Shown piece after piece: positions 28,001 to 38,782 of a stretch of 64,000 nt of DNA. The stretch is from positions 140,246,001 through 140,310,000 of the forward strand of contig CM059431.1 in assembly GCA_030390025.1 (NCBI GenBank), written 5' to 3'. Both the position numbers and the translations under genes were made by a program. The DNA comes from Squalus acanthias. Its lineage: Eukaryota. Every line of letters begins with the position of its first letter. Positions within the stretch are counted from its first letter, which is position 1. The notes below the pieces were generated by a model. That model was not told the DNA's origin and searched no databases. It was given only the letters and a program-made list of their open reading frames with translations.

Positions 28001-31000
28001 ACTGTCTGATCTCACTGGGCACATCCTCCCCGGTTTACACACTGTTTGATCTCACTGGGCCCATCCTCCCCGGGTTACACACTGTCTGATCTCACTGGGC
28101 CCATCCTCCCCGGGTTACAAACTGTCTGATCTCACTGGGCCCATCCTCCCGAAGTTACACAGTGTCAGATCTCACTGGGCCATTCCTCCCCGGGTTACAC
28201 ACTGCCTGATCTCACTGGGCCCATCCTCCCCGGGTTACACACTGTCTGATCTCACTGGGCCCATCCTCCCCAGGTTACACGCTGTCTGATCTCACTGGGC
28301 CCATCCTCCCCAGGTTACACACTGTCTGATCTCACTGGGCCCATCCTCCCCGGATTACATACTGCCTGATCTCACTGGGCCCATCCTCCCCGGATTACAC
28401 ACTGCCTGATCTCACTGGGCCCATCCTCCCCGGGCTACAGTCTGACTGATCGCACTGGGCCCATCCTCCCCGGGTTACACACTGTCTGATCTCACTGGGC
28501 CCATCCTCCCCGGGTTACACACTGTCTGATTTATCTGGGCCCATCCTCCCCGGGTTTCACACTGTCTGATCTCACTGGGCACATCCTCCCCGGGTTACAC
28601 ACTGTCTGATCTCACTGGGCCCATCCTCCCCGGGTTACACACTGTCTGATCTCACTGGGCCCATCCTCCCCGGGTTACACACTGTCTGATCTCACTGGGC
28701 CCATCCTCCCGAAGTTACACAGTGTCAGATCTCACTGGGCCATTCCTCCCCGGGTTACACACTGCCTGATCTCACTGGGCCCATCCTCCCCGGGTTACAC
28801 ACTGTCTGATCGCACTGGGCCCATCCTCCCCAGGTTACACGCTGTCTGATCTCACTGGGCCCATCCTCCCCAGGTTACACACTGTCTGATCTCACTGGGC
28901 CCATCCTCCCAGGGTTACACACTGCCTGATCTCACTGGGCCCATCCTCCCCGGATTACACACTGCCTGATCTCACTGGGCCCATCCTCCCCGGGCTACAG
29001 TCTGACTGATCGCACTGGGCCCATCCTCCCCGGGTTACACACTGTCTGATATCACTGGCCCATCCTCCCCGGGTTACACACTGTCTGATCTCAAAGGCCC
29101 ATCCTCCCCGGGTTACACATTGTCTGGTCTCTCAGGGCCAATCCTCCCCGGGTTAAACACTGTCTGATCTCACTGGGCCCAGCATCCCCGGCCTACACAC
29201 TGTCTGATCTCACTGGGCCCATCCTCCCCGGGTTACACACTGTCTGATCACACTGGACCCATCTCCCCCGGGTTACAAACTGTCTGATCCCACTGGGCCC
29301 ATCCTCCCCTGGGTACATTTTGTCTGAAATCACTGGGGCCATCCTCCCCGGGTTACAGTGTTTGATCTAACTGGGCCCATCCTCCCCGGGTTACTCACTG
29401 TCTGATCTCACTGGGCCCATCCTTCCCGGGTTACACACTGTCTGATCTCACTGGGCCCATCCTCCCCTGGGTACATTTTGTCTGAAATCACTGGGCCCAT
29501 CCTCCCTGGGTTATAGTGTTTGATCTCACTGGGCCCATCCTCCCCGGGTTACTCACTGTCTGATCTCACTGGGCCCATCCTTCCCGGGTTACACACAGTC
29601 TGATCTCACTGGGCCCATCCTCCCCGGGTTACACACTGCCTGATCTCACTGGGCCCAGCATCCCCGGGTTACACACTGTCTGATCTCACTGGGCCCATCC
29701 TCCCCGGGTTACACACTGTCTGATCTTACTGGGCCCATCCTCCCTGGGTTACTCACTGTCTGATCTCACTGGGCCCATCCTCCCCGGGCTACAGTCTGTC
29801 TGATCGCACTGGGCCCATCCTCCCCGGGTTATACACTGTCTGATCTCACTGGGACAATCCTCCCCGAGTTACATCCTGTTTGATCACACTGTGCCCATCC
29901 TACCCTGGATACAACCTGTCTGATATCACTGGGACAATCCTCTCCGAGTTACACACTGACTGATCTCACTTGCTCCATCTCCCCCGGGTTACAAACTGTC
30001 TGATCCCACTGGGACCATCCTCCCCTGGGTACATTTTATCTGAAATCACTGGGGCCATCCTCCCCGGGTTACAGTGTTTGATCTCACTGGGCCCATCCTC
30101 CCTGGGTTACACACTGCCTGATCTCACTGTGTCCATCCTCCCCGGGTTACACACTGTCTGATCTCACTGGGCTCATCCTCCCCGGGTTACACACTGCCTG
30201 ATCTCACTGGGCCCATCCTCCCCGGGTTACACACTGTCTGATCTCACTTGGCCCATCCTCCCCGGGTTACAAACTGTCTGATCCCACTGGGACCATCCTC
30301 CCCTGGGTACATTTTATCTGAAATCACTGGGGCCATCCTCCCCGGGTTACAGTGTTTGATCTCACTGGGCCCATCCTCCCCGGGTTACACACTGTCTGAT
30401 CACACTGGGCCCATCATCCCCGGGTTACACACTGTCTGATCTCACTGGGACAATCCTCCCCGAGATACATCCTGTTTGATCACACTGGGCCCATCCTACC
30501 CTGGATACAACCTGTCTGATATCACTGGGACCATCCTCTCCGAGTTACACACTGACTGATCTCACTTGCTCCATCTCCCCCGGGTTACAAACTGTCTGAT
30601 CCCACTGGGCCCATCCTCCCCTGGGTACATTTTATCTGAAATCACTGGGGCCATCCTCCCCGGGTTACACACAGTCTGATCTCACTGGGCCCATCCTCAC
30701 CGGGTTGCACACTGCCTGATCTCACTGGGCCCATCCTCCCCGGGTTACACACTGTCTGATCTCACTGGGCCCATCCTCCCCGGGTTACACACTGCCTGAT
30801 CTCACTGAGCCCATCCTCCCCGGGTTACACACTGTCTGATCTCACTGGGCCCATACTCCCCGGATTACACACTGTCTGATCTCACTGGGCCCATCCTCCC
30901 CGTATTACACACTGTCTGATCTCACTGGGCCCATCCTCTCCGGGTTACACACTGTCTGATATCACTAGGCCCATCCTCCCCGGGTTACACACTGTCTGAT

Positions 31001-31129
31001 CTCACTGGGCCTATCCTCCCCGGATTACACACTGTCTGATCTCACTGGGCCCATCCTCCCCGGGTTACACACTGTCTGATATCACTAGGCCCAACCTCCC
31101 CGGGTTACACACTGTCTGATCTCACTGGG
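25011..31129. repeat. 40-bp satellite array (~150 units), homogeneous, with 2911-bp and 560-bp higher-order duplications
   Basis: Tandem 40-mers; identical pseudo-ORFs at 27059 and 29970; variant cccgaagttacacagtgtcag at ~25797, ~28148, ~28708. Confidence 0.95.
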
Positions 31130-31199
31130 GGACTGAGTGTGTTGAGTTACAAAGCGGGTTTGTGACACTGTGAAGCCCCTCCCTCCCTCCCTCCCTGTG

Positions 31200-31470
31200 A
31201 GCTAAACTCTGGGCTGAGCAGCCGCGCTGTCAGGTCGTGTGCTGATTGGAGCCGAGTTCCCTCAGTCACAGAGCGCGGCCCCTGTAACCCGGGCAACCAT
31301 CCTGTTTCTTACCGTCACTCACATACCGGCCCGCGCAGCCCGGCCCGGCACACAGCAAACCCCGCCCACTGCACATCCCCGGATCAGCAAGAGAGCGACA
31401 GTGCGCCTGCGCGGAGAGCAAGGAGCGAGAATGAATCACTGCAGCGCCACCGGTGGCGGGTGGACTACAC
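31200..31470 (-). promoter_or_regulatory. CpG-rich promoter-like island, possible minus-strand first exon
   Basis: CpG density, gattgg (CCAAT reverse), cccgccc GC box, gtgcgcctgcgc NRF1-like, minus-strand donor G|gtaaga at ~31311, palindrome cgccaccggtggcg. Confidence 0.4.
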
Positions 31471-31853
31471 AGCAACAGGAGAAGGCCATTCAGCCCCTCC
31501 AGCCAGTTCCACCATTCAATTAGACGATGGCTGATCTGTGTCTTAACCCCATGGACCTGCCTTGGCTCCATAACCCTTAATGCCCAACAAACATCTATTA
31601 ATCTCAGTTTTGACATTTTTAATTGACCCCCAGCCTCAACAGATTGTTGGGGGAAGAGTTCCAGATTGCCACCGCCCTTTGTGTGAAGAAATGCTTTCCA
31701 CCATCCAAGGGGAACTAGATAAGTACCTGAAGGAAAATAACTTGCAGGGCTACGGAGAAAGAGCGGGTGATTGAGCTGAAGTGCTCTTGTAGAGAGCCGG
31801 CACGGGCTCAACGGGTCAAATGGCCTCCTACTGTGCTGTAACAAGGATTCTAT
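31470..31853. mobile_element. Two CR1 3'-end fragments joined with tails pointing outward
   Basis: Minus-strand 3' UTR at 31470-31700, plus-strand 3' UTR at 31705-31853. Confidence 0.7.
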
Positions 31854-32944
31854 CACCCCTTAACGGCCTAGATTATTTATTGAGAGCTGGATCTGAAATA
31901 TATTTGAGTGTCTGGAACTACCTTAACGCTCAGTGGAATATTGATATTGTGGGGAACATAAAGGTCAGTTCTTTCCAAGTTGGTGCTGGGGGCGGGGAGA
32001 CAGTTAATATCTGCTGGGCTCTTGGATCAAACCCCTTCCAATCTTACAACACAGGAGGCGATTCGGCCCACGGTGCCTGTGCCGGCTCTATGAAAAGATG
32101 TCAACACTAGTCCCACACCCCAGCTTTCTCCCCATAACCCTGCAAATTCATCCTCTTCAAGTACAGGCCCAATTACCTTTGGAAAGTTCCCATGGAATTT
32201 GTTTCCATCAGGTTATCATGTGGTGCATTCCAGATCTTAAACCGGTGTACAACAAATTCTCCTAATTTCTCCTCCAGTTCTTTTGTCAATTATTTTAAAA
32301 CTGTGACCTTTCGTTAACGCCCCACTTGCCAGAGGAAACATTTCTTCCCACTTGCTCGATCAAAAACTCTCACGATTTTAAATATCTCTATTAGCTCTTC
32401 CCTTAACCTTCTCTGCTCTGAAGGCAACAATCCCAGCTTCTCCGATCTCTCCACATAATTGAAGTCCGTCATCCCTGGTATCATCCTGGTAAACCACCTC
32501 TGTACCCTCTCCATGGCCTTGGCATCCTTCCTAAAGTGCGGTGCCCAGAATTGTACACAATACTCCAGCACAACCAGTGATTTGTTTTTATCTTCAATGC
32601 CCCATTTACAAAGCAAAATATCGCACGCACTCTCTAAAAAGCCTCATCAACTTATCCCGTCACCTTCAAAGATTTCTGAATATTCATCCCCAGATCCTTT
32701 TGCTATTGCCCCCCCCTCAAAATATGACAATCAAGTCTGTTCACACTGATCCGCATTAAATAGCTTCTGCCATGTGTCTGCCCATTTCACCAGACTGTCT
32801 GTGTCTTTCTAAAGTCTGCCACTATCCTGCTCACCATTTACAAGAGTCAAACTTTGTATCATCAGCAAACCTCGAAGGTTCACTCCCTATACCGAAGTCC
32901 AGGTCATTTAAAATATAAGGAAACCAAAGGTCCCAAATCCGACC

Positions 32945-34582
32945 TGTAGAATTCGCAATATATCACGATTTTATAAATAAGGAGAAAACACATAGTTTCG
33001 TTCAAACAGCTTTATTTCAGCAGAATGCTGTCAGGTTTTCAAAGTGGACACAAGCAGCCTGTAAAATGGCCGCCACGCCTCGTGGCAGAACATTCTAGAC
33101 TTTTCGATAAGCAGACAAGGTGGCGTTCCAATAAACATTTGTGCGAGATCGATCAAGACTCAGCACATTTGAGATAATACACAAGACATCATGGGTTTGC
33201 AGTATACACATAAATACTGAAATCGGTCTCCCAGGTGCGATTAAGGGCTATTGTACCAAGCAATCAAGAACCCATCCAAAGACATTAATATGCAAAATCC
33301 CCACGACTCTACGATGAGAGAGCCGTTAGCGGGTAGTTACAGAGAACATTTGGAAGCCCCAAAACCCCTCCAGGGAGAATACTAGCCGGTTACACAATGG
33401 GAAAAGTATTAACAGGTACTCAGACAGTTACGAGTATCCCCGAAACCCATTAAAACGGAGATCACCCTATACAAGAAATTTGAGCGCCAAAACCCTAACA
33501 AAAGAAAATACATTAAGGTTGGGCGGGAAAAGGAAGAGTTTTGCACTATAACTGCAAGCTCCAACCGTCCATCTTTCGCTTATCCTTTCGACTCCTTGCC
33601 GCTTGCCTCGTGTCTCTGCCTCTTGCAGCTTTTAAACACTGTTGAACTTTACGATCCGCTCGGATCTGCCTCGTGGCTTGCCGCGAAGATCTGTGTGGAA
33701 CTGGGCTGTGAAGCCTTGAAACGGGCACACCATCCCGAGAAGTCGGTAAACGGTGTTGGAACCGAAGGCCCGAGATGAGATGAGATGAGATGAGATGAGA
33801 TGAGATGAGAAGAGAAGAAGACGACCATACGCATCGCCACGGTCAGTAAGCCCCGACCGCGCCTGTAGGTCGAATAGACAGTTTCCTTGCACAGGAAGAC
33901 TATTCTTCGAATTTTATCAGGGCGAGGGCAAAGGAAGACTCTTCTTTGAGCAGTGTCGGAACTCCGAGGACAACACAGATCTTCATGACAGCAGACGGTC
34001 CAGCCTGCTAGCCGGAGCAGAAACGAGTAAACAAGTGGGGTACAGAGACCCCTGATCAACACGTAGGTGATCAGGTGCTGCGGTGAAAAACATCCGATCA
34101 GAGTTTTCGGAATTCTCCGAGTTATCACGAGTGGTGAGCATGAGTCTCGATCCTACAAATCTCGTTTAGAGCAGGTATTGATAGGGGAGGGTTTACGTTT
34201 TAAGGATAACTGTAATGTGTGCCCCCACTTACGATGTGTCGTTCGTTCCTCGTTTCCCTGACATTAGTCACATAACTGCGTGTAAGATTGTACTGTCATT
34301 AATCTGTGCTTATGACATGTATTTCGTAATCTTGAATAATATGCATTAAAGATTTTACATTTCGAACCATTCAACCGAGTCTACCTGAGTTTTCTCTCCA
34401 TTACTGCTCTCGCATCTAAGTCCAGTGTCAGAACCGTAAGGGCGAGTGGGTCGAACCACTCACAGGTGTCTAGTGCTTCCAGACTGGCTGGAGACCAGAA
34501 CAGGCAACAAGGCCTAAACTCGCACTAGCATCCAGGCTAAGCACAGAGCCACACGAATCTCACAGGTTCAGAAACCCTTAAA
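32945..34582 (+). mobile_element. Solo LTR-like insertion, 1638 bp, 4-bp TSD (gacc)
   Basis: gacc flanks both sides (32941-32944, 34583-34586). Begins TGTA and ends TAAA (likely mutated TACA). TATA-like tataac ~33547, ATTAAA ~34345. Host CR1 is continuous across it. Confidence 0.75.
33772..33810. repeat. (GAGAT)n microsatellite inside the LTR
   Basis: gagatgagatgagat... Confidence 0.9.
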
Positions 34583-34707
34583 GACCCCTGGATGACCCAA
34601 TGCAGACTTCTCTCCAGTCAGAAAAACATCCGTTCACCACTGCTCTCTGCCTCCTATCACTCAGACAATTAGGAACCCAATTTACCACCGTCCCTTTAAT
34701 ACCATGT

Positions 34708-37625
34708 CCATCTCCAGGACGAGTGTGTATCTGAGTCAATGGGACTCTCTCTGACCTTTCTCCCCGGTCCATCTCCAGGAACAGTGTGTATCTGAGTCAA
34801 TGGGACTCTCTCTGACCTTTCTCCCCGGTCCATCTCCAGGACCAGTGTGTATCTGAGTCAATGGGACTCTCTCTAACCAATCTCCCAGATCCATCTCCAG
34901 GACCAGTGTGTATCTGAGTCAATGGGACTCACTCTTACCTTGCTCCGCAGTCGATCTCTGCAAGCTGTTTGAATCGGAAGGGCTCTCTCTGGTTGGTGCT
35001 CTCACAATCCTGTGCTGGTTCACCTGCTGCTCCTCAGTCTACAATCCATGTTTACTTCCAGCTGTGGACCTTCCTCAATCACTCCATCATTCACCGGGAG
35101 ATCTAATTATGGCCTTTCTCCCCAGTCCATCTCCATAGGCAATGGCTAACATTTAAGGAACAAATGCATGAATTGTAACAGTTATAGTTTCCTTTCTGGC
35201 GCAAAAACACTTGATAGAATTCTTCATTAAGATGGAAAGTGAAAAAGTCCGATCCGAAACTAGGGTCCTAAATCTAAACAAAGGAAACTACAAAGGTATG
35301 AGGAGTGAGTTGGCTATGAGATTGGGGAGCTTCATTAAAAGGCATGACGGTGGATAGGCAATGGCTAACATTTAAGGAACGAATGCATGAATTGCAACTG
35401 TTGAACATTCCTTTCTGGCACAAAAACACAAAAGGAAAAGCGGCCCAACCATGGCTAACAAAATCAATTAAGGATAGTATTAGATCCAAAAAGGAGTCAT
35501 ATAAAGTTGCCAGAAAAAGTAGCAAGCCTGAGGATTGGGAGCAGTTTAGAGTTCAGCAAAAAAAGGACCAAGAGATTGATTAAGAGGGGAAAAAGAGAGT
35601 ATGAGAGTAAACTGGCAAGGAACAGAAAAGCAGACGGTAAAAGCTTCTAAAAGTATGTAAAAAGTTAAAGATTAGTGAAGACAAATGTAGGTCCCTTACA
35701 GGCAGAGACAGGAGAAATTATAATGGGGAATATGGAAATGGCAGAGCAATTAAACAAATACATTGTGTCCTCTTCCATGAAGACAGAACCAAATAACTTC
35801 CCAGAAATGCTAGGGAATGAAGGGTCTAGTGAGAAGGAAGAATTAAAGGCAATTAGTATTAGTACAAAAAGTGCAGGATAAATTAATGAGACTGAAAGCC
35901 AATAAATCCCCAGGGCCTGATCATCTGTATCCCAGAGTACAAATAGAGTTAGCCATTGAAATATTGGATGCATTGGTTGTCATCTTCCATAATCTATAGA
36001 ATTTTGGAACAGTTCCTGCCGATTGGAGGGTGGCAAATGTAACCCCACTATTTAAAACAGGAGGGATAGAGAAAACAGGGAACTACAGACCGGATAGCCG
36101 AACATCAGTAGTAGGGAAAATGCTAGAGTCTATTATAAAGGATGTGATAACAGGACACTTAGAAAATATCAACGGGATTAGACAAAGTCAACCTGGATTT
36201 ATGAAAGGGAAATCGTGTTTGACAAACCTTCTGGAGTTTTTTGAGGATGTAACTGATAGAATAGATAAGGGAGAACCAGTGGATGTGGTTAATTTGGATT
36301 TTCAGAAGGCTTTTGATAAAGTCCCACATAAGAGGTCAGTGTGCAAAATTAAAGCACATGGGATTGGGGGTAATATACTGGCATGGATTGAAAATTGGTT
36401 AACAGACAGGAAACAGAGTAGAAATAAATGGGTCTTTTTCGGGGTGGCAGGCGGTGACTAGTGGGGTACCGCAGGGATTAGTGCTTGTTCCCCAGCTATT
36501 CACCATATATATCAATGATTTGGATGAGGGAACCAAATGTAATATTTCCAGGTTTGCTGATGACACAAACCTAAGTGCATCCTCCTCACTACTCACAATC
36601 CCAAAGAGGCTTCAAGGAGATTTAGACAAGTTGAGTGAGTGGGCAAATACATGGCAGGTGCAGTATAATGTGGATAAATGTGAAGTTATCCACTTCGGTA
36701 GGAAAAACAGAAAGGCAGAGTATTATTTAAATGGTGATAGGTTGGGAAATGTTGATGTACAAAGGGACCTGGGTGTCCTTGTTCACCAGTCACTGAAAGC
36801 AAACATGCAGGTGCAGCAAGCCGTTAGGAAGGCAAATGGTATGTTGGCCTTCATTGCAAGAGGATTTGAGTACAGGAGCAAGGATGTCTTACTGCAGTTG
36901 TACAGGGCCTTGGTGAGACCACACCTGGAGCACTGTGTGCAGTTTTGGTCTCCTTACCCAAGAAAGGATATACTTATCATAGAGGGAGTGCAGCAAAGTT
37001 TCACCAGACTGATTACTGGGATGGCAGGACTGCCATGTGATGAGAGATTGGGTAAACTAGGCCTGTATTCACTAGAGTTTAGAAGAATGAGAGGGGATCT
37101 CATTGAAACTTATAAAATTCTGACAGGTCTAGATAGACTGGATGCAGGGAGGATGTTTCCCCTGCCTGGAGGGTCTAGAACGAGGGGTCTTGGACTCAGG
37201 ATACAGGGTAGAATATTTAGGACTGAGATGAGGAGAACTTTCTTCACTCAGAGGGTGTTGAACCTGTGGCATTCTCTACCACAGAAGGCTGTGGAGGCCA
37301 AGTCACTGAATATATTTAAGAAGGAGATAGATAGATTTCTAGACACAAAAGGCATCAAGGTGTATGGGGAGAGAGCGGGAATATGGTATTCAGATAGAGG
37401 ATGAGCCATGATCATATTGAATGGCAGAGCAGGCTCGAATGGCCTATTCCTGCTCCTATTTTTCTATGTTTCTATGTATCTGAGTCAATGGGACTCTCTC
37501 TGACCTTTCTCCTCGGTCCATCTCCAGGACCAGTGTGTATCTGAGTCAATGGGACTCTCTCTGACCTTTCTCTCCAGTCCATCTCCAGGACCAGTGTGCA
37601 TCTGAGTCAATGGGACTCTCTCTCA
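34708..37625. repeat. 61-bp minisatellite (ccatctccaggaccagtgtgtatctgagtcaatgggactctctctgacctttctccccggt), split by an exon-like copy and a CR1
   Basis: Copies at 34708-34930, 35112-35136 and 37475-37625. Confidence 0.85.
35137..37477 (+). mobile_element. 5'-truncated CR1 LINE (RT, 3' UTR, tail)
   Basis: ORFs 36030-36461 and 36454-37404 with DFQKAFDKVPH, GVPQG, FADDT, QFWSP; tctatgtttctatg tail. Confidence 0.92.
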
Positions 37626-37825
37626 CTGACTCAGAGGCGAGCTGTGTCTGCAGTTCGCTGCAAACTGTAAAGTTTGGCTGTGTCGGGCGGGGCAGGAAGG
37701 TTTCTAGCTACAAGTGAGGCATATTAATCAGAATATTCAACAATCACAACCGGCATTAACTGTGGCTCAGTGCAGGAACGCAGAGGGAACTGTCCCCGTG
37801 TTGGAGAGCGAGAGACAAGAGGATC

Positions 37826-38780
37826 ACATACATCGGATTACATAGGATATACAGGCGCAGTAACAGGCCATTCGGCCCAAACAGGCCACGCCGGCGTTTA
37901 TGCTCCTCTCGAGCCCCCTCCCGCCTTTCCTCATCGAAATCTATCAGCATAACCCTCTATTCCCTTTCTCCCTCATATGCTTGCCTAGCCTCCCCTTAAA
38001 TGCCTCTATACTATTCGCTTCAAACACTCCCTGTGGTAGCGAGTTCCACATTCTCACCACTCTTTGTAAAGAAGTTTCTTCTTAATTCCCTGTTGGATTG
38101 CTTGGTGACTATCTTTGATTGATGGCCTCTAGTTATGCTCCTCCCAACAGAGTGGATACAGAGAGAATGTTTCCACTTATCAAAAGCTTTCATTATTTTA
38201 AATACCTCTATTGGGTCACCCCTCAGCCTCCTTTTTTCAAGGGAAAAGAGACCCTGTTCATCCTTTCCTGATATGTATACACTCGCATTTCTGGTATCAT
38301 CCATGTAAATCATCTCTGCACCCTCTCCAGTGCCTCTATATCAGTTTTATAATATGGCACCCAGAACTGCACGCAGTACTGCAAGTGTGGTCTAACCAAG
38401 GTTCGATACAGGTTTAGCATAACTTCCCTACTTTTAATTCTATACTTCTAGAAATAAACCCTAGTTCTTGGTTTACTTTTTTTTTAGGCCTTGCTAACCT
38501 GTGTCGCAACTTCTAGTTATTTGTGTATTTGTACTCCTAGATCCCATTGTTCCTCTACCCCATCTAGACTCGCACCCTCCAAGTGATGTAACCTCCCTAT
38601 TCTTCCTGCCAAAATGTAATACCTCACATTTGTGCGTGTTGAACTTCATTTGCCAATTATATGCCCATTCTGCAAGTTTATTAATGTCCTCCTGTATCTT
38701 GTTGCAGTCCTCCTCAGGATTGACTAACCCCCAATTTGGTATCATTCGCAAATTTAGAAATTGTGTTTTGATTCCGAAGT
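37826..38780 (-). mobile_element. CR1 3' fragment
   Basis: LFSLEKRRLRGD, WQMKFNTHKCEVLHFGRKN; acatagga tail. Confidence 0.85.
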
Positions 38781-38782
38781 TG

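Larger units (their letters stand above)
32042..34707 (-). mobile_element. Old CR1 RT 3' part, interrupted by the solo LTR
   Basis: [15 protein letters not shown]; the PQGS.LGP motif is split across 32944/34583. Confidence 0.8.

Noticed and set aside
8108..31129. Regular repeats as a CRISPR array, or short satellite ORFs as genes
   Set aside because: Head-to-tail monomers with no unique spacers, no cas genes, vertebrate context
34040..34110. Hammerhead ribozyme in the LTR hairpin
   Set aside because: CTGATCA rather than CTGANGA, and no compatible stems
33649..34128. 159-aa minus ORF in the LTR as a viral accessory gene
   Set aside because: Non-ATG start, crosses a microsatellite, no recognisable homology; cannot be supported
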